Virus record (IMG/VR): IMGVR_UViG_3300003320_000853
DNA length: 64,000 bases
Reading direction: 5' to 3' (one strand)
Origin: a virus
Lineage: Duplodnaviria > Caudoviricetes
Shown here: positions 9,634-18,760 of the stretch, one piece after another
Layout: every line of letters begins with the position of its first letter
Numbering within the stretch: the stretch's first letter is position 1
Made by a program: the position numbers and the translations under genes
Notes under the pieces: generated by a model
The model's database searches: none
What the model saw: the letters and a program-made list of their open reading frames with translations, nothing else
Told to the model about the DNA's origin: nothing

Positions 9634-10479
9634 TCAGGCGGCGAGCGGAGCGACGCGCTGAAAGAGCGCCCTGTTGGCGTTGGGGTCGGTGGTCTTGAGG
9701 AAGGCCGACTTGGGGAACTTCCAGTCGCCGTTGTCGGCGGAGCCCGTGAACTTCGCTCCGACGACGGACTCGGCGATGAAGGGCTTCAGGGCCGGCGCCA
9801 TGTCCCGATCGCGGAAGTAGACGGTTGCTGCATTCGTCGGGGTCCCGAGGTTCGACCCCACTACCAGGCTGTGATCGACCTTCACCTGGGTACCGAGACG
9901 GGGCGGGCGGCCATCGTGGGCGTCGAGTCCGGGGAGGAAGAAGGAGAACGGGTCGTTCGGCTCGTACCACCACATCATCGGCTCCGCATCGACGGAGCCG
10001 TTCCAGCAACACAGGGCGAACTGCCAGGCGGTGCCGGGATAGAACTTCGCGTAGGCGTCGAAGATCGCCTGGTTCACCTTCGGGCGCTGCGCTGAGGGGA
10101 CGAACCGGATCGCGGACGGGATGTCCGCGGCGTTCTCCGCCAAGACGATGTGGTAGGATCCGGCGGCGAAGACCTGGATGCCGCCCCGAGCGGTATAGCT
10201 GGGGGAGTCGAGCCCCTTCGAAAGGCTGCGGGTCCGCCTCACGAGGGTCTCGGCGTAGTCCTTGAGGAGCCGCTTGGCGCTTGTCGTGTCGACGACGTTG
10301 GCGGGACCCATCGGCACCGAACTCGGGAACGGGAGCAGCATGGCGTTGGGACCGGCGAGCGACTGCGCCTTGTTCTGGTAGCCGGCGACGTGGATCAGCT
10401 TGCCGGTCTCGGGATGGTTTGTCTCGATGCACGATACGATCGTGTCGGACAACACGGCGGGTTCGAGCGAGCAGCACAT
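9634..10479 (-). CDS. Conserved hypothetical protein
   Basis: HVAGYQN...GPNAMLLPFP, GSYHIVLA, ALCCW, PGLDAHDG motifs; AAGGAG upstream. Confidence 0.75.
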   Translation of the reverse strand: MCCSLEPAVLSDTIVSCIETNHPETGKLIHVAGYQNKAQSLAGPNAMLLPFPSSVPMGPANVVDTTSAKRLLKDYAETLVRRTRSLSKGLDSPSYTARGGIQVFAAGSYHIVLAENAADIPSAIRFVPSAQRPKVNQAIFDAYAKFYPGTAWQFALCCWNGSVDAEPMMWWYEPNDPFSFFLPGLDAHDGRPPRLGTQVKVDHSLVVGSNLGTPTNAATVYFRDRDMAPALKPFIAESVVGAKFTGSADNGDWKFPKSAFLKTTDPNANRALFQRVAPLAA

Positions 10480-10506
10480 GGGTTGGGGATCTCCTTCTGG
10501 GGGTCC

Positions 10507-11457
10507 TTACACCGCCCGGTGAGCTTCCGGGAGCGCGTCCTCGGGCACTGCGGCCGGGATCTCGTCGAAATCCGCGATCCTGGTCGAGGAGTCGACGTTG
10601 GCCACGAGGAGCCGCTGCGTGACCTTCTCGCGGGTGCGCTCGATGTCCGTGCCTTCGGGGGCAAACCGGCCGTCGACGTTCCGACGAGACATCTGGAATC
10701 CGTCCGTGATGTCCCGGAGGTCGAACCGAGTCTTCGACGTGCGGCCGGAGAGCATGTTGCGCTTGGCCTGGCCCGCGAGCATCCGGTACTCGGCCGCGAT
10801 CCCGTTGAGGGCGTCGTAGTCCCTCTGGAGGCGCTCGAAGAGGTCGCTGTTCGTGATGGCGAGCGTAATGATCGCCACGGCTGCACCGATGCCAGTCGCG
10901 ACGAAGCGGAACGAGTCCGGAGCCCACCCGTAGTGGTGAAGCGTCGCCAGAAGGGGGATGATCCCCACCATCAGGATGAAGAGGGCCGGCTGGCGGATCG
11001 CCCGCAACAGGGTTCTCTGATCCCACACGGACCGCGCCTTCTGGGCGGCGATGTCCGCGTACGTGGCGCACTCGATCTCCATGTCTTGGAAGTAGGACAG
11101 GAAGTGCGCCCGATCGGTTGCAGATGGGGCCTCGGCGAGGGCAGCTTCCCGCGCCTCCTTCAGGCACGAGACCTTCAGCTCGGCGATGGTCGCCTGGCGT
11201 ACCTCTTCCTTGACCGAGGCGAGCAGGGTCGGGCGCATCTCGTTCTCGACGCTCTTGCGGAGGTCGGGGAGAAGCTCCTCGCGCACCTCCTTCTTGACCT
11301 CGGCACGGATCTGCGCCCGCTCCTGCGTCCGTGTCGCCTCCTGGATCTCCGGCTCGATCCGCTTGCGGATGATGGCCCGAAGAGTGTCATACATGGCGGG
11401 GTCGAGGCCGAAGCGCTTTGCCTCGTCAGTCAGGTCTTTCAGGGAAAATTCGGTCAT
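10507..11457 (-). CDS. Coiled-coil protein with C-terminal 2-TM (SLATT-like) domain
   Basis: E/K/R-rich helical N-terminus, two TM helices, then ALNGIAAEYRML; ATG 16 nt after class B motif. Confidence 0.65.
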   Translation of the reverse strand: MTEFSLKDLTDEAKRFGLDPAMYDTLRAIIRKRIEPEIQEATRTQERAQIRAEVKKEVREELLPDLRKSVENEMRPTLLASVKEEVRQATIAELKVSCLKEAREAALAEAPSATDRAHFLSYFQDMEIECATYADIAAQKARSVWDQRTLLRAIRQPALFILMVGIIPLLATLHHYGWAPDSFRFVATGIGAAVAIITLAITNSDLFERLQRDYDALNGIAAEYRMLAGQAKRNMLSGRTSKTRFDLRDITDGFQMSRRNVDGRFAPEGTDIERTREKVTQRLLVANVDSSTRIADFDEIPAAVPEDALPEAHRAV

Positions 11458-11475
11458 GTCCCCCAGGTACACCAA

Positions 11476-12132
11476 CTAACCCTTGAGCTTCCGTAGGTAC
11501 TCGGCGTATGGGGCGTCCTCAGCAGCCTTGTAGGCCCGCGCCTCGGCATCCTCCTTGCGAGCATGCTCCCTGGCGAGGCGCGCGGTCATCTCCTCCAACT
11601 CCGGGGCCAGGGTCTCCAACTTCTCCCACCAAGGTCCATCGCGCCAACCCTCATTCGAGCGGCATCCGTTGCCCCTCCAGATGAGGATCCGGGTGTTTGG
11701 CACAGGATCCCAACCATAGGAGATACGGCTGGTATAGTAGGTGTCGAACCCCAGGAAGGAATCCTGCCTCACAGGGAAGCCCGGGATCCCGATGTCGATC
11801 TGGGTGATGCCGTCGTATTTCCTGACCCCAAGGTGGAATTCTCCCCACTCCCAGAAAGCCTCGTCGCAGCCCTTGCGGTTCTCGACCCGGTTCATGAGCG
11901 CATGCCATCCCCGGGAGTACCACGTGTTGCGCTCATCCCCTCCCTGAATAATCAGGCGACCGACGAGCTTCTTGTATTTGTCAGGAAAAGGTACGTGTGC
12001 AGGGCGTCCACCTTCGTGCCATGCCTTCCCCATATCATGCCAGAGAGGCAGAGATCCTTCGGTCGGAGGCGGGGGTAGGCTATCGTCGAAGGGGTCGTCG
12101 GCGAGGAGGTGGTCGTAAGATGTCGGCCGCAT
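11476..12132 (-). CDS. Hypothetical protein with the tag at its N-terminus (MRPTSYDHLLADDPF)
   Basis: Start coupled to the stop of the upstream gene; tag variant followed by a Pro linker. Confidence 0.7.
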   Translation of the reverse strand: MRPTSYDHLLADDPFDDSLPPPPTEGSLPLWHDMGKAWHEGGRPAHVPFPDKYKKLVGRLIIQGGDERNTWYSRGWHALMNRVENRKGCDEAFWEWGEFHLGVRKYDGITQIDIGIPGFPVRQDSFLGFDTYYTSRISYGWDPVPNTRILIWRGNGCRSNEGWRDGPWWEKLETLAPELEEMTARLAREHARKEDAEARAYKAAEDAPYAEYLRKLKG

Positions 12133-12134
12133 GA

Positions 12135-12635
12135 TCACTCGACGTAAGGGTTGTCTTCGAGGTCGGCCAGAGCTCGTTCGAGCGTCAGGTTGCCGACCTC
12201 TTGCACGGCTTTCTTGGCTGCATCGGAGACCGCCCCGAGAGCGCAGTAATGGTCGATGGAAACGATCCCGTGTCCCCCGGCATCCGGGCTCATCCGATTG
12301 AGTCTCTTGCCGAGCGCTTGCCGGCAGAGGAGCGCCACATGATCGGCGATCTTCTGGAACTCCATGTGCTGCCGGTAGATGTTGCCGCGGGCGTCGAGGC
12401 ACATCACAGGGTTACCCCCCGCGACCTTGGTGACGATCATCGCCAGCGAAGGGCTGGCCTCGCACACGATGGTCACGATCCCATCGCCGAAGCCGAGAGC
12501 CCCGTTCGGGCTGATTCCATGACCGATAGCTGCGACGCCGATCTCGTGGCGAGCCTCCGTGCTCCCCCTGTTCTCGATGACGCGGCGGCAGTCCCAGATG
12601 AAGTCGTCGATGCGATGGTCGAGGCGGTCGGGCAT
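12135..12635 (-). CDS. Hypothetical protein
   Basis: 166 aa with GAGGA ribosome-binding site. Confidence 0.7.
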   Translation of the reverse strand: MPDRLDHRIDDFIWDCRRVIENRGSTEARHEIGVAAIGHGISPNGALGFGDGIVTIVCEASPSLAMIVTKVAGGNPVMCLDARGNIYRQHMEFQKIADHVALLCRQALGKRLNRMSPDAGGHGIVSIDHYCALGAVSDAAKKAVQEVGNLTLERALADLEDNPYVE

Positions 12636-12643
12636 GGTGTTCC

Positions 12644-12871
12644 TCAGAGGTCGATAGGGCCGATGTCCGGATCGCCCTCTCCACTGAGAATGACACCGAC
12701 TTCATGGCGCCGGAAGAGGCCGCACGACGACTCGATGCCCACGATCTTCCAGGCGCGCTTCCCCTGATGGAGAAAGGTTCCGACGAGCACCGGGGACTTC
12801 GGGAGGTCGGTGACCATGGCGATCGTTCCCCGGCCCTTCACATGAAATACAGCCGTGATTTTCATGGTCAT
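12644..12871 (-). CDS. Stand-alone EF-Tu domain II-like beta-barrel protein
   Basis: ITAVFHVKGRGTIAMV...KIVGIE...EVGVILSG parallels EF-Tu IEDVFSISGRGTVVTG...VTGVEM...NVGVLLRG. Confidence 0.6.
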   Translation of the reverse strand: MTMKITAVFHVKGRGTIAMVTDLPKSPVLVGTFLHQGKRAWKIVGIESSCGLFRRHEVGVILSGEGDPDIGPIDL

Positions 12872-13221
12872 GCCGTCCAGAAGTCGTCGGTGGCGGGAGG
12901 AGTCACGACCCGAGGGAAGTTGCCGGAGCGGAGATCGGCAACGGTGAGGTGAATGACCGCCAGATTATCCTTCTCAATCATCCGTTCCAGTCCAGACGCG
13001 TCCCCCCACCAGCATTCGCACCCCCACACGATCTCCCCGCTGTCCAGGACGATCTTGGGGTTCTTCCTGCCGAGGCGGTGCAAGAAGGGGGTCATCGAAC
13101 CCCCACCTTCATCCGGAGGGACTTCGTCCCCAACGTAGGTGCCATAGCCGAGGAGATAGATCACTCCCTGACCCTCGCAGGCCACTGCCCCTACCCTCAA
13201 CCCAACCTCCGGCTTGCCCAT
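12868..13221 (-). CDS. Hypothetical phage protein
   Basis: LGYGTYVGD...NPKIVLDSGEIVWGCECWW; class B motif 17 nt upstream. Confidence 0.7.
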   Translation of the reverse strand: MGKPEVGLRVGAVACEGQGVIYLLGYGTYVGDEVPPDEGGGSMTPFLHRLGRKNPKIVLDSGEIVWGCECWWGDASGLERMIEKDNLAVIHLTVADLRSGNFPRVVTPPATDDFWTA

Positions 13222-13231
13222 GGTGTTTCCC

Positions 13232-13537
13232 CTACACCGGATCGTCGTCGAGGACAACGTCGTGCCACGTGCGCTCGTTGATTGGCCTTGCAGGGGGATT
13301 GCATGTGGGATGCCACGTCGCGATTGTCTCGAAAGTCTCCCGGCGGGCGGGGGCCTCTTCGAGGAGCTGGAGGTCGAAGAGGTCGAAGAGAGGCTGGACG
13401 AGCACCAGGCGGCGCCCGACGTGGATCGCGGTCACCATGTAGGTGACGCCGGAGTTGCGCAGGCAGAGGCCCTTGGACAGGACGACGATCCTATCCTCCG
13501 ACCAGGGCCAAGCGGGAAGGCCATGCCGTTCCATCAC
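13232..13537 (-). CDS. Hypothetical protein with C-terminal tag variant (ERTWHDVVLDDDPV*)
   Basis: Coupled to the upstream gene; stop inside class B motif. Confidence 0.65.
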   Translation of the reverse strand: MMERHGLPAWPWSEDRIVVLSKGLCLRNSGVTYMVTAIHVGRRLVLVQPLFDLFDLQLLEEAPARRETFETIATWHPTCNPPARPINERTWHDVVLDDDPV

Positions 13538-13878
13538 GTTGCTGGATACCCGAGGGCAACACGTTCGGCCGGGTCGAGTTTGCAGAGCGCGAGCCGTCGG
13601 ATCTCGTCGATGTTGGTGACCCGGGGAAGGATAACAATCGGATCCCCGAGCGTTATGACGTTCCCTGAGCGACCATCCTCGGTCAGGATCTTGATCTCGC
13701 GGACGAATCCAGCCTTGCCGGCCGGTCCCGGTTGTGCCGCGAGGTCACGCGCAACCCGTTCGTCCTCGCACGCGCAGACGAGCTGCGTGTTGTCCTTGTC
13801 CCGGTACGTGAAGACGGCGAACGCGTCGAGGAGACGGTAGAGCGTTGGTGCCGGAGGGAGAATTGTCTCGTTGCTCAT
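13534..13878 (-). CDS. Hypothetical protein
   Basis: 114 aa; class B motif 16 nt upstream. Confidence 0.7.
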   Translation of the reverse strand: MSNETILPPAPTLYRLLDAFAVFTYRDKDNTQLVCACEDERVARDLAAQPGPAGKAGFVREIKILTEDGRSGNVITLGDPIVILPRVTNIDEIRRLALCKLDPAERVALGYPAT

Positions 13879-13924
13879 GTTCTACCCATACACCCCCGGG
13901 TCCCCATTGGTGTATGAAAGACGG

Positions 13925-14656
13925 ATGGACAACTCATTCAATTTGGGGTACGACGCGGGGTTGAGTCGCGAGACGGTCTACCTGCGTAGGGTCTACGCTT
14001 GGTTGACGGTCGGCCTCGGCATCACCCTCGCCACATCGTGGGCATCTCTGACGCAGTTCGGCACCCGGGAAGTGAGCCTCAAGGGCTCGATCCTCCACGT
14101 GCCGAACCTCGTGGCCGACATGATGGAGCACCCGATCCTGTCGGCCGTGCTCTTCTTCGCGCTCGGGCTCGGCTCGCGGTTCCTGAGCCAGGCGCGGGGG
14201 GCAGGCGGTCTCTTCCTCCTCTTCTCCGCCTTCAACGGGGTCTTCCTCGGTCCGGCGCTTTTCGTGGCACAGTACAAGGCGAGCGCTGGGGCCACGCTCT
14301 CACCAAACCCGATCCTCCACGCGCTCATCCTGACGATCTGCGCCATGGTCGGGCTCACGACCTACGTGCTCACCACGAGGAGGGACTTCACCGCGTTGGG
14401 GGGTTTCCTGAGCAGTGGCCTGCTCGTCCTCATTGGCGCGAGTGTCCTCGGAATCTGGATCCACGCCGAGTCGTTCCACCTGGCGGTCGCGAGCGTGGGC
14501 GTGCTGGTCTTCATGGGGTTCATCCTGTTCGACACCTCGCGCATGCTCCACAAGTCGAGCTACGACGACGCGATCGGAGACGCGTGGGAGCTGTACATGG
14601 ACTTCGTGAACCTCTTCCTGGAGTTGCTGCGCATCCTCGCGTCCAAGAAGGACTAG
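13925..14656 (+). CDS. Bax inhibitor-1/YccA family membrane protein
   Basis: YLRRVYAWL, TRRDFTALG, FILFDTSRM, LYMDFVNLFLELLRIL; about 7 TM helices. Confidence 0.92.
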   Translation: MDNSFNLGYDAGLSRETVYLRRVYAWLTVGLGITLATSWASLTQFGTREVSLKGSILHVPNLVADMMEHPILSAVLFFALGLGSRFLSQARGAGGLFLLFSAFNGVFLGPALFVAQYKASAGATLSPNPILHALILTICAMVGLTTYVLTTRRDFTALGGFLSSGLLVLIGASVLGIWIHAESFHLAVASVGVLVFMGFILFDTSRMLHKSSYDDAIGDAWELYMDFVNLFLELLRILASKKD

Positions 14657-14672
14657 AGCCCGGGGTCGCACC

Positions 14673-15167
14673 ATGGAAGAGGACGAGTTCCGGGGCGTCG
14701 GCAATGTCGTTAGAACCCCTGACGAGGATCTCTTCTCCGATGCCTGGGAGACTCTTCTAGGGCTCCCGGAGGCCGTATACGTCGTCTACCCTGGCTACTC
14801 TTGCGATGACATGGAGTTGTGGAAGCTCCGTGTCATCGGCCAAAAACGTGTCAGAGGCGAAGACCATTGGGTCTTCAAGCATGACCGGCCTCTCTGGCAG
14901 GGACCGGCTGCGTCGAGCCGGCGCGAAATCGGCAAGACCTACATCACTACGAAGCGGCGCTCCTTCCTCACCCTGGCCGGAGCCAAGGCGCAGTTCGAGA
15001 TCGAGTGGAAGAAGCACGTCGAACGGTACCGCTCCGAAGTTGTGCGCCTCACCGAATCCATTTCGACCTATCAGCGGGATCGGGATATTTACCTCGGTCG
15101 GATCCAGGCGACCGAATCCGGCCCGATCGATGTCCTCACCCTTATCGAGGCCGAGGACTCGAAGTAG
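14673..15167 (+). CDS. Hypothetical protein (N-terminal SDAWETLLG tag-like segment)
   Basis: 164 aa ORF after the BI-1 gene. Confidence 0.65.
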   Translation: MEEDEFRGVGNVVRTPDEDLFSDAWETLLGLPEAVYVVYPGYSCDDMELWKLRVIGQKRVRGEDHWVFKHDRPLWQGPAASSRREIGKTYITTKRRSFLTLAGAKAQFEIEWKKHVERYRSEVVRLTESISTYQRDRDIYLGRIQATESGPIDVLTLIEAEDSK

Positions 15168-15296
15168 AAAAATACCCTCAATTCGAGGGCTTGGCGAAAT
15201 ATTCGTCCCTGACAAATCCTCAATTTCACCACAGACTGCCCACAGGATCAGGATGATCTTCTGTTGCGGGGTCGAGCGGTGTAGGGTGACAGAGGC

Positions 15297-15875
15297 ATGT
15301 CATACAGAGCAATCAGAACTGTCACACGCGGCCTCCTGCGCGAAGTTGAAGGTGAATACAAGGATCGCATCCTTGTCGATGAGCACCCTTGGGGTGCGGA
15401 GGACATGTTCACTGTTTCGGTCCTCAAGGAGGGTCAGGTCGCCGCCGCGCTCATCCTCCGTGCTGTTCTGTTCTCTGCGGAGGAAGCCGCAGGGCTCGAC
15501 ATCGAATCTATCAACATGTCAAGCCTGGCCCGTCGGATCCTTCGCCGCTTTGGCGCTGCAACGACGCAGGGGGCATTCGTGGGCATCCAGGAGTCCGAAG
15601 TCAGCCGCTTCCTCTTCGAGAGGCTGGGGTCCCATCTGGGTCCCACAGCGACCGAGAGGGCTCGCCAACGGGAAGCGTCGGATCTCGTGGCTCGGACGCG
15701 GGCGACCCGGCCGAGGGTAATACCCCAGGTGATCCCGGCGGAGAGCGGATTCGATCTCGTACTGCATGGGCTCACCGCGAACGACGTGCTGAGGGCCGTC
15801 GAAGCGCTGCCCGAGGCGAAGCCGCCCAGCTCGTCGCGAACGGCATACGAGCATCTCCTCGCCGACGAGCTGTAA
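15297..15875 (+). CDS. Hypothetical protein with C-terminal tag (SRTAYEHLLADEL*)
   Basis: Class B motif upstream; tag at C-terminus. Confidence 0.75.
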   Translation: MSYRAIRTVTRGLLREVEGEYKDRILVDEHPWGAEDMFTVSVLKEGQVAAALILRAVLFSAEEAAGLDIESINMSSLARRILRRFGAATTQGAFVGIQESEVSRFLFERLGSHLGPTATERARQREASDLVARTRATRPRVIPQVIPAESGFDLVLHGLTANDVLRAVEALPEAKPPSSSRTAYEHLLADEL

Positions 15876-16490
15876 TCAATCGTAATCCTTCGGGGGCTTC
15901 ATCCGTATCGTCGCCTCCCATCCAAGATGGATCGCGATCACGAGAATGTTGAGCCCGAGCAGGCACGACCACGCGTACCGCCAGTTGGGGAAGTAGTCCC
16001 CCAGGATGATGGTCGTGTAGGCGGCCAGATAGGCTCCCAGGGTCATCTCGGTGACCCCCAGCCAGCACTTCCCACGCCAGAAGGCGCGGCCGAAGAAGTA
16101 CCACCCACCCCCGACGCACAGGGCTTGCACGACGGCGTAGACCCAGTAGGCGGCCGAGCGGGGGTAGAAGATCGTGATGGCCGTGGCGCCGATGATCGCT
16201 GCCCGGGGGACGACCTTGCTTGGACAACGATCCGTGATCCAGATCGTCGTCCAGAGGAGGGCAACGGGCTCCGAGAGAAAAGACAGCTCGTCGATCGTGA
16301 AGAGCGATCGGTGGTGCGGCCGAGTGATTTCGAGGAAATGTCGCGCGAAGTCCACGACCGCGACCCACAACGTATAGTGGGCCATCGGCCAGTGGAAGGT
16401 AGACTTGCGGGCGTGGTTCCGTGCGAGTGCTGCAACAACGCCCTGGAGGCCGTAGCCTACCCAGGCTAGCCACCAGGGCGGTGTGTGCAT
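15876..16490 (-). CDS. Multi-pass membrane protein
   Basis: About 6-7 hydrophobic segments. Confidence 0.7.
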   Translation of the reverse strand: MHTPPWWLAWVGYGLQGVVAALARNHARKSTFHWPMAHYTLWVAVVDFARHFLEITRPHHRSLFTIDELSFLSEPVALLWTTIWITDRCPSKVVPRAAIIGATAITIFYPRSAAYWVYAVVQALCVGGGWYFFGRAFWRGKCWLGVTEMTLGAYLAAYTTIILGDYFPNWRYAWSCLLGLNILVIAIHLGWEATIRMKPPKDYD

Positions 16491-16495
16491 CTACG

Positions 16496-16741
16496 TCACG
16501 TGGTGGCCGGCGGCGTGGTCGGCGGGGGCGTGGCCGGCGGCGTGGGGGTCGGAGGCATGAGATCGGGGTGGATCATGCTGATCGCGACGACCGCAAGCGT
16601 CCTCCAGTGGAGCTGCTCATCGGCGGGGATCGTGCTGAACGCGGTGAGGTCGGGGGTCTGGCCGGTCTTCAGCGTGACGCTGAGCTGCCAAAGAATCGAG
16701 GCGACGCGGTCGGGCGGCGGCGGCGGTGATGTGAAACCCAT
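16496..16741 (-). CDS. Small Pro/Thr-rich protein
   Basis: MGFTSPPPPP...PTTPPATT*; GGAGG ribosome-binding site. Confidence 0.6.
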   Translation of the reverse strand: MGFTSPPPPPDRVASILWQLSVTLKTGQTPDLTAFSTIPADEQLHWRTLAVVAISMIHPDLMPPTPTPPATPPPTTPPATT

Positions 16742-16914
16742 GGGTCGATTACCTCCTGATCGACTATGGCACCCGATAAGGCGATCGTGGCGGGCCCCAT
16801 TTGTCAGACAACTGAACACCGCCCCCGCTACCCTACCTACACCAGGGGGATCACCGCCCTCGAAAATCTCACTAGGGCGGTTGATCGGGAGTGGGGGTCC
16901 GCTGTAGAGGGCAG

Positions 16915-16979
16915 CACAAGGGATGCGGAAGACGGGCCCGAAAGGGCGTTGACCGAAACCTCGAAAAGAGAGACATCCC
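16915..16979 (+). ncRNA. Structured 5' leader (cis-regulatory RNA candidate)
   Basis: Starts at the class A +1 position with no ATG; closing stem GGGATG/CATCCC enclosing GCCC-GAAA-GGGC and CTC-GAAAA-GAG hairpins. Confidence 0.5.
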
Positions 16980-17075
16980 ATGTACGACATCTTCTACAGC
17001 ATCACGTACCGCATCATGTTCCGCGTCTTGACGATTTTCGTGATCGTCCGCCGCTACATCATGAAGGGCTTCTGA
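16980..17075 (+). CDS. 31-aa hydrophobic/basic peptide (MYDIFYSITYRIMFRVLTIFVIVRRYIMKGF)
   Basis: Translated by hand; lies between the structured leader and a strong hairpin. Confidence 0.6.
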   Translation: MYDIFYSITYRIMFRVLTIFVIVRRYIMKGF

Positions 17076-17080
17076 GCCCT

Positions 17081-17115
17081 GAACGAAGGGGGCCTCCGGG
17101 CCCCCTTCGTCGTTC
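17081..17115 (+). terminator. Stem-loop, probable terminator
   Basis: GAACGAAGGGGGCC...GGCCCCCTTCGTCGTTC imperfect inverted repeat. Confidence 0.6.
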
Positions 17116-17137
17116 CATGCGGTGTACTCCGACGAGC

Positions 17138-17362
17138 ATGGGTTCCAACTACTACATCGTGAAGGTGCGCCTCCAGAAGGGCCGTCAGTGGCGCTCCGTG
17201 GGGCTGAAGTACGGTCCGGGAGAGGACGTCCCCCAGATGGTCGGGCACTTCGAGACGCTGCTGTCTGCCAAGCGGACAGCCAGGACGGTAGGGAGAGAGC
17301 GCCCTGACATCCACAGCATCGCCGTCTTCCTGAAAGGTAGGATTGTGGTCCGAATCCGTTGA
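17138..17362 (+). CDS. Hypothetical basic protein
   Basis: MGSNYYIVKVRL; class B upstream; stop inside the next class A -35 box. Confidence 0.7.
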   Translation: MGSNYYIVKVRLQKGRQWRSVGLKYGPGEDVPQMVGHFETLLSAKRTARTVGRERPDIHSIAVFLKGRIVVRIR

Positions 17363-17392
17363 TCGGCGGATGTGCCCCCTTGTAGGTGGGGC

Positions 17393-17575
17393 ATGGAAAT
17401 CATCTTCGGCCGGGGGTTCGGGAAAGTCTCGTTCAAGGGGTCGCTAGTCACCTACTGGAGTGACTTGAGTCTCAAGCGCGTCACGCGGCCGGCGGACGAG
17501 ATCCCGGAGGAAGAGCTACCGCTCTTCGACAAGGTTGTCTTGGACCAGATCCGGTGGCTCCGGCAGATGAACTAG
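17393..17575 (+). CDS. Hypothetical protein
   Basis: ATG exactly 34 nt from TTGATC 17359. Confidence 0.7.
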   Translation: MEIIFGRGFGKVSFKGSLVTYWSDLSLKRVTRPADEIPEEELPLFDKVVLDQIRWLRQMN

Positions 17576-18039
17576 GGCTCGCGCCGGAAGAATGGCCGGG
17601 GACCCAGACGCTCCCCAAGCGTTGCCCCGAGCGTGCTCCGAGACGAGGCCCTGAGCGGCTTGGTCTTCTCCCGCCTCGGGTCGTAGCCGGGCATGAGCTT
17701 GGCCCGCTCCTGGCGGAGCAGAGCGAGGAGCTTCATGCGCACGTACTCCTCCGAGTCTTCCGGGTGGATCACGAGGACGGGGATGTCTGGGTGATCGCGC
17801 TGGAAGACCTTCGCCCGCTTCCAGCCGGACTTCACCTGAATTTTGACGGTATCGTAATACCCGTCAGGATCCCCTGCGTCCACTTCGACGACGAGATCCA
17901 CACCCTGATGATCTTCATCGTGGGTCGCACGGCGGATCGACTTCACCCAAGGGGGCACCCTGTACGGGCACACCTCGAAGCAGAGCGAAGCCAGGAGCTC
18001 CGCGGTCGCGCCCATGACTTGCGCCTCACGTCCTCTCAT
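17572..18039 (-). CDS. PD-(D/E)XK-like nuclease
   Basis: GATAE...EDHQGVDLVV...IQVKSG matches the E...D...(Q/E)xK catalytic pattern. Confidence 0.65.
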   Translation of the reverse strand: MRGREAQVMGATAELLASLCFEVCPYRVPPWVKSIRRATHDEDHQGVDLVVEVDAGDPDGYYDTVKIQVKSGWKRAKVFQRDHPDIPVLVIHPEDSEEYVRMKLLALLRQERAKLMPGYDPRREKTKPLRASSRSTLGATLGERLGPRPFFRREP

Positions 18040-18099
18040 CGTCCTCAGTCCTCGGTGTACACCGATTGATTGAGACTCTTTTCGCCCGGTAGAAGTAGC

Positions 18100-18744
18100 A
18101 TGCCTCCCGACTATACGCTTGACGAGTGGATGCGAGGCGTTCCGCCGCCTTCGTCGGCCCCTCCTGGCACGAAGGGGTACGTCTATGGGGTGGGTCTCAG
18201 CATTCGGAACAAGCTCATCCCCTACATGGCCCGGACAGGTGCAACCCCGCCCTTCGAAGTCGTGCATGTTCTGGAGGAGCACGAGGTCTTCGCGAAGGAC
18301 TTCTCGGAAGTGAGCCGCCTCCGGAACGAGCTGTTCAAGAAGCACGAGGCAGCTCGTGCAAAGGCCGCTGCCCGTGCCGCCGAGAAGGCCAGGAAGGCCG
18401 CAGAGGAGGCTGAACAACGTGCTCGGGCGGAGGAGCTTCGTCGGGCAGAGACGGGGAGGGTCGCAGCCCATTCGGATGGGCTGGCGATTCACTGGGCCAT
18501 CGTGCTCGACCCCGGGCCAGAGACTTTCGCCCTCTTCCTCACGACGCGTCCCGGCTGGGCTCGCTTCTACCGCCCCATCACCCGTGATGAGGAAGCGCTC
18601 GTTGGGATCCGACGGAATGAGAAGGGGACCTTCCTCGCTCCCGTCGTGCGCCCTCGGACCGAGTTCTCGTTCACCCCTCGGCAGTTCCCGGAGATCCGGG
18701 TCGCCGAGCTCCTCCTGGAGTTCCCTCGGGCATACGCTTCTTGA
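18100..18744 (+). CDS. Hypothetical protein
   Basis: ATG 34 nt from TTGATT 18066 (class A variant). Confidence 0.7.
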   Translation: MPPDYTLDEWMRGVPPPSSAPPGTKGYVYGVGLSIRNKLIPYMARTGATPPFEVVHVLEEHEVFAKDFSEVSRLRNELFKKHEAARAKAAARAAEKARKAAEEAEQRARAEELRRAETGRVAAHSDGLAIHWAIVLDPGPETFALFLTTRPGWARFYRPITRDEEALVGIRRNEKGTFLAPVVRPRTEFSFTPRQFPEIRVAELLLEFPRAYAS

Positions 18745-18760
18745 GGGGGTATAGATCGCC

